31,015 nucleotides of DNA from a virus (lineage: Duplodnaviria; Caudoviricetes), in IMG/VR virus record IMGVR_UViG_3300048892_000042, positions 1 through 31,015 of that record. One strand, written 5' to 3'. Under the pieces are notes generated by a model. The model ran no database searches and was not told where the DNA came from. It saw nothing but the letters and a program-made list of their open reading frames with translations. Position 1 is the stretch's first letter, and every line of letters starts with the position of its first letter. Shown here in pieces: positions 7,453 to 14,582 of the stretch. The position numbers and the translations under genes are program-made.

Positions 7453-8336
7453 AGCGTGAATCCTGGACGATCACGTCCCGCGGCGAATGGCTCGACCGGC
7501 GCCGCGGGCTGCTCACCGCCAGCCGCATCGCGGCGCTGTTCGACGCGCACCCGTTCCTGACGCGCGAGCAGTTGGCCGGCACCATGACAGGCCACCACAA
7601 CGAGGGCGACAACGCGGCGATGAAGCGCGGCCGCATTCTCGAACCCGCCATCCTCGAAGCGATGCGCGAGGAGCACCCCGGCTGGCAGATCGAGAAGGCG
7701 ACGACGTTTCACACATTACCCGAGCATCGTATCGGTGCGACGCCGGATGCGTGGTTCGCCGACAGCGCGGCGGGCGGGTGGGTCGGCCTGATCCAGTGCA
7801 AGACGGTGGCGCCGGAGGTGTGGCAGGGGCGCCCATCGCTGGCTTATCAGCTTCAGACGCTCACCGAGATGCTCTGCACCGGCGTCGAGCGCGGCATCCT
7901 CGCCGTCATGGTGACGAGCCGCTCGCTGCCGCTCTACGAATTCGAGGTGCCGCGGCACCCGGCAGCCGAGGCGCGGTTGCTCGAAGCCGCCGCCCGGTGG
8001 TGGGAGGAATGGGACGCCGGCCGGATAGCCCCAGCAGCCCCTGCGGAGGCGCTGGAGGCACTACTCGATGACGGCTCGTCGATAGACCTGTCCGCCGACA
8101 ACTACCTCCACAGCGCGCTCCCGGACCGGCAGGCGCTGAAGTCCGTAATCAGCGACGCCGAGCGCCGCATCACCGAGATCGACAAATACCTGAAGCAAGC
8201 ACTCGGAACCGCGACCTACGGCCACTTGCCGGGTTGGCAAATCACATGGAAGGCGCACCAGCGGGCCGAGCGGCTGCTGCCGGCGGCGACGATCCGCACG
8301 CTGCGGGTCTCGGCCAAGGAAGAGGAAGCGTTGTGA
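7449..8336 (+). CDS. YqaJ-family viral recombination exonuclease
   Basis: SRGEWL.RR..LTAS.IA, AMKRG..LE, IGATPD, QCKT, YQLQ motifs. Confidence 0.88.
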   Translation: MKRESWTITSRGEWLDRRRGLLTASRIAALFDAHPFLTREQLAGTMTGHHNEGDNAAMKRGRILEPAILEAMREEHPGWQIEKATTFHTLPEHRIGATPDAWFADSAAGGWVGLIQCKTVAPEVWQGRPSLAYQLQTLTEMLCTGVERGILAVMVTSRSLPLYEFEVPRHPAAEARLLEAAARWWEEWDAGRIAPAAPAEALEALLDDGSSIDLSADNYLHSALPDRQALKSVISDAERRITEIDKYLKQALGTATYGHLPGWQITWKAHQRAERLLPAATIRTLRVSAKEEEAL

Positions 8337-8506
8337 CGCCCGACGAGCAAGAAGACATCTGCGCCAGCCTAGACACGGCAATCGAGGCTATCGGCGCCGC
8401 GGTTGACTGCGCAACCCAAGCGGGCGCCCCGCAATACAGACTGATAGCTGCGCTCTTCGCCGCAATCCTGGCACGCGATGTCTTTTCAAAACGCAGGGAT
8501 GAGTAA
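8333..8506 (+). CDS. Hypothetical protein
   Basis: GTGA overlap with exonuclease stop. Confidence 0.5.
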   Translation: MTPDEQEDICASLDTAIEAIGAAVDCATQAGAPQYRLIAALFAAILARDVFSKRRDE

Positions 8507-8508
8507 GC

Positions 8509-9366
8509 ATGACCGACATCACGACGACGGTACGGCCGGGCGACATCATCGAGAGCGTGATCGCCAAGGGCGATCTCGCCCGCCTGACTCCCGAGGAGCG
8601 CACCCGGTATTATGTCGAGGTCTGCAAGTCGGTCGGCTTGAACCCGTTCACCCGGCCGCTCGAATACATCACCCTATCCGGCAAGCTGACGCTGTACGCG
8701 CGGCGCGAGGCGGCCGACCAGCTTCGCCAGATCCACGGCATCAGCATCGAGATCATATCGCAGAAGGTCGATGGCGACCTGCTCATCGTCCATGCCAAGG
8801 CTCGCGACAAGTCGGGTCGCACCGACGAGGATTTCGGCGCCGTCAATGTCGCCGGGCTGCGCGGCGAGGCGCGCGCCAACGGCATGTTGAAAGCGATCAC
8901 CAAGGCGAAGCGGCGGGTGACGCTCTCGATCGCCGGCCTCGGCTTCCTCGACGAGACCGAGATCGACGATATCCCGGCGCGCGACAAGGAGCCGGTCAGC
9001 GTCGGCGTCGATCTCGACGCCTTTGCCGCCGAGCAGATCGAGCCGCCGGCATCCACTCCCGACGAGCGGCTCGCCAAGCTGGCCGCCGGCGAGGGCACGG
9101 TCGGCTTCCGGGATTGGTGGCAGCAAATCAGCAAGGAGCGCCGCGACCGGCTGCGGCCGAACCTGGCGCACTATCAGGAAATAGCGGTGTCGGCCGACAC
9201 CGAGATGGCGCTGGCTGAAATCCCCGAGACAGAACCCGGGCGGGCACCCCCCGAACCACGCGACGGTCCCCACGCAACTCCTCGTCGCCGTGGACGCCCG
9301 CCCGGCCCCGGTCTGCTCGACGAGGAGGAGCCGCGGCCAGAGCAGGAAGGCGCCGCCAATGGCTGA
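8509..9366 (+). CDS. RecT/Bet-like single-strand annealing protein
   Basis: GDL..LT.EER..YY..VC..VGLNP...KA.TKAKRR..L...GLG.LDE.E; next to YqaJ exonuclease. Confidence 0.8.
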   Translation: MTDITTTVRPGDIIESVIAKGDLARLTPEERTRYYVEVCKSVGLNPFTRPLEYITLSGKLTLYARREAADQLRQIHGISIEIISQKVDGDLLIVHAKARDKSGRTDEDFGAVNVAGLRGEARANGMLKAITKAKRRVTLSIAGLGFLDETEIDDIPARDKEPVSVGVDLDAFAAEQIEPPASTPDERLAKLAAGEGTVGFRDWWQQISKERRDRLRPNLAHYQEIAVSADTEMALAEIPETEPGRAPPEPRDGPHATPRRRGRPPGPGLLDEEEPRPEQEGAANG

Positions 9367-9556
9367 GAAGATGAATGGACAACAATTCCGCGAGCTCGCG
9401 ATGGCTGCGGTCAATGATGTCGCCCGGTTCCTCGATGAATTTCCCGACCTCTACTGCGAAATACGCGTTACCGGGAAATTCGGGACGCTCGTGGTCGGTC
9501 TAGAGGAGCGAAACCCTGACGACGAAGCGGCCCACGATGACGACTCGGACGCGTGA
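9359..9556 (+). CDS. Hypothetical acidic protein
   Basis: ATG 9359, MAEKMNGQQF..., acidic tail. Confidence 0.55.
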   Translation: MAEKMNGQQFRELAMAAVNDVARFLDEFPDLYCEIRVTGKFGTLVVGLEERNPDDEAAHDDDSDA

Positions 9557-9559
9557 GCG

Positions 9560-9790
9560 ATGTCAGCCGAAAGCAAACTCGTCTCGGCGATCGCCGACGC
9601 CTGCGTCGATTTCCTGATCGAGCGCGGCGAGCTCGACGGCAAGCTGCGGGTCACCCGCGAGTTGCACACCGCGGCGCGGCGGGTCGTCTGGGCCGGGCAC
9701 TATTACGGCCACAGCAGCGTGAAATTCACCGATGCGCTGATCGATCTTGAGCGGCTGGTCGGCCGCCCGACACGGGAGATCGATATATGA
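9560..9790 (+). CDS. Hypothetical protein
   Basis: Tightly packed ORF in early operon. Confidence 0.55.
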   Translation: MSAESKLVSAIADACVDFLIERGELDGKLRVTRELHTAARRVVWAGHYYGHSSVKFTDALIDLERLVGRPTREIDI

Positions 9791-9981
9791 CCACGATCAG
9801 GCGCAAGAGCCTGACCCGGCGCTGCGCGATCTGCGGGCGCACGTATTACGGCTACGGCCACGTCGCCGAGCCGGTCGCGCCCGGCCGGTGCTGCGACGAG
9901 TGCCACGCCCAGCATGTCGTGCCGCGGCGGATTCGGCTGGTCGTCGATACGCGGACAGAGCAGAGGGAGAGGCGAGAATGA
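9787..9981 (+). CDS. Small Zn-finger protein
   Basis: CAIC...YGH.AEPV..GRCCDEC. Confidence 0.65.
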   Translation: MTTIRRKSLTRRCAICGRTYYGYGHVAEPVAPGRCCDECHAQHVVPRRIRLVVDTRTEQRERRE

Positions 9982-10382
9982 CCGGCGCACTTGTTCTCGC
10001 CCCCGGCGATCCGCCGTTGACCTTGGCCGAGGTTGCCGCGCACTACCGGATGACCGAGCGGCAACTGCGCCAGGTGATCCGCGAGCGCGCGGTGGAGGTA
10101 TTGCGCGTCGGGCATACCGTGCGGTTCGATGCGCACGCACTTAATTCGTTGGAGGAGAAACTTAGGTGCCACGCAAGTCAGAAGGACTCCGGGTCGTCCG
10201 GCGCGCCGACACCGGCAGCCTCACGATTGAGGGGACGGTCGCGGGGGAGCGCATACGAAGACGCGCTCAAAGCGACAATGCGCGTCTCGCAAAGGAAGAG
10301 GCCGCCGCGCTCGAAGCCGAACTGCTCCGAACCAAATGGCACGGGCCGCGTCGTGGCGCTCGCCCCTTTGCCGAGGCCGTAA
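9978..10382 (+). CDS. Excisionase-like HTH protein
   Basis: LTLAEVAAHYRMTERQLRQVIRE...RVG..VRF; ATG at 9978; immediately upstream of and overlapping the integrase. Confidence 0.75.
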   Translation: MTGALVLAPGDPPLTLAEVAAHYRMTERQLRQVIRERAVEVLRVGHTVRFDAHALNSLEEKLRCHASQKDSGSSGAPTPAASRLRGRSRGSAYEDALKATMRVSQRKRPPRSKPNCSEPNGTGRVVALAPLPRP

Positions 10383-11230
10383 AGCTCTACCTTGAGGCGG
10401 AAGAGCGCAGCCCCGGCACCGGCCGCCGGCTGCACCTGATCCTTGAGGCGATGGGCGACATCAAGCTGGGCCAGATCGACCAGCAGCTCGTCAACCGTAT
10501 CGCCAAGCGCATCCTACCGCCGGACGCGGCGCCGTCGACCAAGAAGCGCGGCATCATCACGCCGCTGCGCGCCGTCCTCAACCTGGCGCACAAGGAAGGC
10601 TGGTGCGACCCGCCGCATTTTGTGATCCCGAAGGAGCGGGAAGGGCGCACCAACTATCTGTTGCCGGAAGATGCCGTGCTGCTTCTCGCGGCCTGCGGGC
10701 ACTCGATGCGGATGCTGGTCGAGCTGGTGCTCGGGACCGGCGCGCGCATGGCCGAGGCGCTCGAACTCGACTGGCGCGACCTCGATCTGGTGGGCGCGCG
10801 CGCGAGCTTCTGGCGCACCAAGGGCGGCAAGCCGCGCCACGCGCATCTGCCGCCGGGGCTTGTCGCGGCTCTCGCCAACCTGCCGCACAAGAAGGGCGCG
10901 GTGATCCGCCGACCGGACGGGCAATCCTATGTCGACCGCGACCGGCAAGGTGGCGGCCAGATGAAGACGGCATGGCGGCTGACCAAGGCACGCGCCGGGA
11001 TCGACCCGGATCTGACGCAGCACGATCTGCGGCACACCTGGGCGTCATGGCACTACGCGCTCTATCGCGACCCGCTCAAACTCAAACTGGAGGGCGGCTG
11101 GGCCTCGCTCGATCAGGTCGAGCGCTACGTCCACCTGATGCCGGCCGGGCACGAGGCGGCGATCGAGGCGTTCTGGCGTGGTGACCGGACGGCTGAGCAG
11201 TGGCGCGGAGAGCACGCCACAACTGGCTAG
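10166..11230 (+). CDS. int: Tyrosine recombinase/integrase
   Basis: Catalytic set TGARMAE (R), TKGG (K), HDLRH, GGW, RYVH (Y). Confidence 0.95.
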   Translation: MPRKSEGLRVVRRADTGSLTIEGTVAGERIRRRAQSDNARLAKEEAAALEAELLRTKWHGPRRGARPFAEAVKLYLEAEERSPGTGRRLHLILEAMGDIKLGQIDQQLVNRIAKRILPPDAAPSTKKRGIITPLRAVLNLAHKEGWCDPPHFVIPKEREGRTNYLLPEDAVLLLAACGHSMRMLVELVLGTGARMAEALELDWRDLDLVGARASFWRTKGGKPRHAHLPPGLVAALANLPHKKGAVIRRPDGQSYVDRDRQGGGQMKTAWRLTKARAGIDPDLTQHDLRHTWASWHYALYRDPLKLKLEGGWASLDQVERYVHLMPAGHEAAIEAFWRGDRTAEQWRGEHATTG

Positions 11231-11270
11231 CTGCCTCACGAAATAAATCACCTTGATGTCGATTTTCCTC

Positions 11271-11300
11271 CTTGACGGAAATCAACACCATGCCTATTTC
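11271..11300 (+). promoter_or_regulatory. Sigma70-type promoter
   Basis: cTTGACG-N17-TATTTC. Confidence 0.6.
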
Positions 11301-11340
11301 TTGCGGGACCGGGCCGATGGTGGGCCGCAGGAGAAATCAG

Positions 11341-11568
11341 ATGAGCCGCTCGACCGACCTTTTCACACACCGCAGCCTGCACCGGCTGAAACGAGTGCAT
11401 TGGCAGCCTCACTATGAGGGCGAGGCCTGTTTGCAATGGCGCCCCGAGTGCGGCCTCTGGCGCATGACCGGGCCACAAGGCCCCTTCGAACTGCCGGGCG
11501 GCGTCGACCTGGAAACGATCAATCAAACCTGGGATCGCTTTGTTGCAGTCGCGAACGGCCAAGCATGA
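11341..11568 (+). CDS. Hypothetical protein (75 aa)
   Basis: AGGAG SD before ATG 11341; ATGA-coupled to HTH gene. Confidence 0.6.
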   Translation: MSRSTDLFTHRSLHRLKRVHWQPHYEGEACLQWRPECGLWRMTGPQGPFELPGGVDLETINQTWDRFVAVANGQA

Positions 11569-11819
11569 CAGCCGACGAGTTCCGCGCCACCCTCAAAGCC
11601 TTAGGCCTCCGCCAGCGCATTCTGGCGGAGGCGCTTGGCGTTGAACCGAACACTGTCAGTCGATGGGCCAAAGGCAAGGTCACAGTGCCGCGCTACGCCG
11701 AACTGTGCCTGATACTGCTTGCCGCGATCAGCGAACGGAGGATGCGCGACATTCTGGCGATGCCCGCATTCCGACACGTTGCTGACACGGGAAACGCCGG
11801 GAAAGCCGCAACCGTTTGA
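11565..11819 (+). CDS. XRE-family HTH regulator
   Basis: MTADEFRATLKALGLRQRILAEALGVEPNTVSRWAKG..VP. Confidence 0.8.
   Translation: MTADEFRATLKALGLRQRILAEALGVEPNTVSRWAKGKVTVPRYAELCLILLAAISERRMRDILAMPAFRHVADTGNAGKAATV
11773..11790 (+). repeat. Integrase arm-type site (left), 18-bp direct repeat
   Basis: GACACGTTGCTGACACGG, identical to 11971-11988. Confidence 0.75.
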
Positions 11820-11850
11820 AACCAAAGGGCAAATTGGGCGCGGGCCGCGT

Positions 11851-11897
11851 CCCTCCGAAGGCAGAGGTCGTACGTTCGAATCGTATCGGGTCCGCCA
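11851..11897 (+). other. attP core: 3' half of tRNA-Arg(CCG)
   Basis: CCCTCCGAAGGCAGAGGTCGTACGTTCGAATCGTATCGGGTCCGCCA: anticodon loop CCG, T-arm GTTCGAATC, CCA end; no 5' half. Confidence 0.88.
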
Positions 11898-11901
11898 TAG
11901 A

Positions 11902-11914
11902 GATCAAGCACTTA
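11902..11914 (+). promoter_or_regulatory. IHF-like binding site in attP
   Basis: GATCAAGCACTTA versus consensus WATCAANNNNTTR (one mismatch). Confidence 0.5.
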
Positions 11915-11970
11915 GCGACAATTTCAAACCGGCGCCAACCGGCCAAAACAGAACGAATCGCGTTTTTATT

Positions 11971-11988
11971 GACACGTTGCTGACACGG
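11971..11988 (+). repeat. Integrase arm-type site (right), 18-bp direct repeat
   Basis: GACACGTTGCTGACACGG. Confidence 0.75.
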
Positions 11989-12028
11989 CGAGCGCTCGGC
12001 GTTCTAACGACGTTCCCCGAGGAGACTT

Positions 12029-12256
12029 ATGGCCCGCCCGCCGCCGCTGCCGTTGCAGCATGAAGTAGCCGCCGCTGTCCGCGGTGCCCGCCAGGGCGGC
12101 GCCGAGGTGGCGCGGATCAAGATCAGAAAGTCCGCCGCTGGGGATGTTGAGATCGAGATTGAGACGACGCTAGCGCCGGCCTTGCCGCCGGAACCCGCCG
12201 AGGGCGAGTGGGACGAGTTCGCCCGCGCCGCCGCGGAGAAGATGCGCAAAATCTAG
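12029..12256 (+). CDS. Small protein, possible second excisionase/RDF
   Basis: GAGGAG SD; MAR.P...Q.EV..AVRGA...G.EV.RI.I...G.VEI...EWDE pattern recalled from small genes beside alphaproteobacterial integrases. Confidence 0.6.
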   Translation: MARPPPLPLQHEVAAAVRGARQGGAEVARIKIRKSAAGDVEIEIETTLAPALPPEPAEGEWDEFARAAAEKMRKI

Positions 12257-12309
12257 CCGGTCGCAAAATAATCCTGCGACGTTTTCCGATCCGATGAATT
12301 GAGTAGAGA

Positions 12310-12396
12310 CCCGCCCTGAAAAGGGCGGGGCCGGCATCAGCGCGTCCAACGCCGATGGCCGGCCCCTAATCATTCGACGTTGGAGGCGTCAAATGA
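12310..12396 (+). promoter_or_regulatory. Structured translation-inhibitory leader 1 (symE/SymR-like architecture)
   Basis: Hairpins 12310-12329, 12327-12366 and 12370-12396 (SD in loop, AUG in stem); linker CCTAATCAT. Confidence 0.65.
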
Positions 12397-12545
12397 CTGC
12401 GGCCATATACAGCCGAATTGCGTCCGCGCGTCTAGCCGCGGCCTTTCTTGCCCTGCTGCTGGCGCTGCCGGCGACCTACGCGATGAGCAAAGATAGTACC
12501 GACTGCCTGCGCATCGTGGTCACGCAGCTCGACCGCAATCGATGA
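12393..12545 (+). CDS. 50-aa single-TM peptide, candidate type I toxin (not in ORF track)
   Basis: GGAGG SD; MTAAIYSRIASARLAAAFLALLLALPATYAMSKDSTDCLRIVVTQLDRNR. Confidence 0.6.
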   Translation: MTAAIYSRIASARLAAAFLALLLALPATYAMSKDSTDCLRIVVTQLDRNR

Positions 12546-12722
12546 TCAATGGGCGGCGAGGCAGTGGTCGAGAACCCGGTTGGCGAGCGCCATGCGCTGC
12601 TCCATCTGGGCCGACAGGAACCACAGCACCATGCCAATAAAGCCGGCGTTGATGAGCACCAGCAGAATGAACGCCGGCGGCAGGGCGTCGATCAGGCTGC
12701 GGCCGAGCGCCGAGATGGTCAT
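12546..12722 (-). CDS. 58-aa membrane protein, possibly holin-like (not in ORF track)
   Basis: AGGGA SD; MTISALGRSLIDALPPAFILLVLINAGFIGMVLWFLSAQMEQRMALANRVLDHCLAAH. Confidence 0.7.
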   Translation of the reverse strand: MTISALGRSLIDALPPAFILLVLINAGFIGMVLWFLSAQMEQRMALANRVLDHCLAAH

Positions 12723-12796
12723 GGTGTCCCTGCTATCAAAGAATTGGCCGGCGCTATCAAGCCGGCGCCGCTGAGATTGCCCGATATAGGGAGCGA

Positions 12797-12866
12797 CGCC
12801 GGGCGGGTATCTGAAACCCGCCGCGGCGCCTAACCACCACCGAACGTATGAGGTTCGATCATGGCT
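12797..12866 (+). promoter_or_regulatory. Structured leader 2 (same architecture as leader 1)
   Basis: Hairpin 12797-12828, linker CCTAACCAC, hairpin CGAAC-GTATGAG-GTTCG over the SD, then ATGGCT. Confidence 0.6.
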
Positions 12867-13316
12867 TACCGGAGTTTAACCCTCGCCGCCTTCGCTTGCA
12901 TCGCCCTCGCCGGGCCAGCCCTCGCCGCCGACGAAATCCGCCCAAGCGGGCCAGCGATAGCCCTTAGAGTCAGCGGGGGGACGATGCTTCAGTCGCCGCG
13001 ACCGTTGGCGAGCGTGTTTATCGCCAACCCTGATATCGCCAATGTCCAAGTGCCAGACCAAGGCAACAAGGATGTGCTTTTTGTGTTTGCCAAAGCGCCC
13101 GGCAAAACGACCCTTTACGCCATCGATGCCGACGGGCGCGTGGCGTTGAGCCAAACCGTCGAGGTAACGGGGCCGAGAACCGTGCGCGTGATGCGCGGCA
13201 ACACGTCGTATACTTGGTCAGAGGCTCACGAACATGCGCCCAATCTGGCCGACTTGCCGGCAGGCTCGACGGTGACGATGCCTGCCGGGGCCGTGGCCGG
13301 GGCCGCGGCGAACTAA
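12861..13316 (+). CDS. Secreted Tad/Flp pilus secretin (CpaC/RcpA) N-terminal domain protein
   Basis: Signal peptide ending ALA-A; PRPLASVFIANPDIANVQV...LFVFAKAPGKTTLYAIDADG matches the T2SS-T3SS_pil_N pattern; no secretin barrel. Confidence 0.85.
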   Translation: MAYRSLTLAAFACIALAGPALAADEIRPSGPAIALRVSGGTMLQSPRPLASVFIANPDIANVQVPDQGNKDVLFVFAKAPGKTTLYAIDADGRVALSQTVEVTGPRTVRVMRGNTSYTWSEAHEHAPNLADLPAGSTVTMPAGAVAGAAAN

Positions 13317-13384
13317 TCGGCATGCCGGATCACCGCTGAGCGCCGGCTGATCCGGCAGCCATTCCGGCCACGGCACTGCGGACA

Positions 13385-14416
13385 TCACGCCACCTTGGCT
13401 TTCAGCTCGGCGAGCTGTGCCGAGAGTTCCTTGACGGCATTGACCAAAGCGAAAATCAACGGCCCGCTGTCGATCGTGCTAAAGCTGACCGGCTCGGCCG
13501 CGGCCTGTTCGGTATCGGGGTCGGTCGGTGCCCAAACCCCCTCACCGACAAGCTCCGGCATCACGGGACGGGTCGCCTCGGCATCGAGGCCATAGAACAC
13601 GCCATCCGTCGGCAACCCCGCCTTACCACTGTAACTGTATTGGATCGGTTCGAGTTGCAGCACTTCGGCAAGCCCGCTGTCATAGCTGGCGATATCACTT
13701 TTCAGCGCGGGGTCGGAAGGCGCCACCCAGGAGCCGCCACCGGGCTTGGTCGCGGTGCCGCCGAGGATGGTAAGATTGCCGCTCGCATCGAGCGAGTTCC
13801 CACCAGCCGTCGTGTAAAAAGTCACTTGGCCGGCGCCGGCGGAAGAACTGCCCCAGCAAACAATTCTTGGATTGTTGGTATTAAAGCCAAGCGCGACGCT
13901 TTCAGTCGCCGCCCCGGTTGGGGAGGTAAGTAATTGCCCCAAAATATACGCGCCGACGCCGAGATTGGCGTTTACCGTCAACGTGCCGGTAATCGTGCCG
14001 CCGGCCGTCGGCAGGTACGGCCCGCCGGTCACATAGTTCTGATTAGCCGCCGCCGTCACCCGCCCCTTGGCGTCGAGCGTCAGCCCCTGGAAAGTGCCGA
14101 CGTTGCTGTTGACCGTCGCCAGCGTCGCGGTGATCGCGGTTGCACCCGAGCCGGTCAGATCGCCGCTCAGCGTGATCACCTGATTATTCAGCAGATAGCC
14201 CTGCGCCTTGACGAACGCGGTCGTGGCGATCGACGTGTCGTTATCTGCGGTGGCGGGCGTCGGCGCTTTCGGGTCGCCGGTAAAGCTCGGCGAGTCGAGC
14301 GGCGCGCCGCCGCCGGCAGCCGCCGCCCACTTGGCACCGTCCCACTGCCACGACTTGCCGGCGCTGGTGAATACCTGCCCGACCGTCAGGCCGCCCGGTC
14401 CCGGAAAATCCAGCAT
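13385..14416 (-). CDS. Tail fibre with C-terminal S74 intramolecular chaperone
   Basis: MLDFP..GQVF..W.WDG.KW N-terminus; PLDSPSFTGDPKAPT...IATTAFV repeat; SD..LK..I...PELV...LVNAVKEL coiled coil. Confidence 0.88.
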   Translation of the reverse strand: MLDFPGPGGLTVGQVFTSAGKSWQWDGAKWAAAAGGGAPLDSPSFTGDPKAPTPATADNDTSIATTAFVKAQGYLLNNQVITLSGDLTGSGATAITATLATVNSNVGTFQGLTLDAKGRVTAAANQNYVTGGPYLPTAGGTITGTLTVNANLGVGAYILGQLLTSPTGAATESVALGFNTNNPRIVCWGSSSAGAGQVTFYTTAGGNSLDASGNLTILGGTATKPGGGSWVAPSDPALKSDIASYDSGLAEVLQLEPIQYSYSGKAGLPTDGVFYGLDAEATRPVMPELVGEGVWAPTDPDTEQAAAEPVSFSTIDSGPLIFALVNAVKELSAQLAELKAKVA

Positions 14417-14420
14417 CAGC

Positions 14421-14582
14421 CTATCCCGTGTTGATCGTGACGGCGGTCTGCGCAGCGGGCGGCGGCGGCGGCGCTGCGGTCGGGTTGACCAGCACCTCGC
14501 GCACCACGCCGGCGACGTTGGCGGTGGGCGCCGTCGTCAGCAGCACCTCGCGCACCGTGCCGGCATTGTTAACGTCCGTCAT
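14421..14582 (-). CDS. 53-aa fibre-associated peptide (not in ORF track)
   Basis: MTDVNNAGTVREVLLTTAPTANVAGVVREVLVNPTAAPPPPPAAQTAVTINTG; duplicated AGxVREVL; ATGA overlap. Confidence 0.6.
   Translation of the reverse strand: MTDVNNAGTVREVLLTTAPTANVAGVVREVLVNPTAAPPPPPAAQTAVTINTG

Noticed and set aside
11820-11897. Complete tRNA-Arg gene
   Set aside because: No D-arm or 5' acceptor strand upstream and the anticodon stem is incomplete; it is an att core
11773-11988. CRISPR mini-array from the 18-bp repeats
   Set aside because: Only two short copies about 200 bp apart flanking the att core; no cas genes
12546-13384. Complete lysis cassette
   Set aside because: No endolysin or spanin recognisable; the holin call is based on hydrophobicity alone
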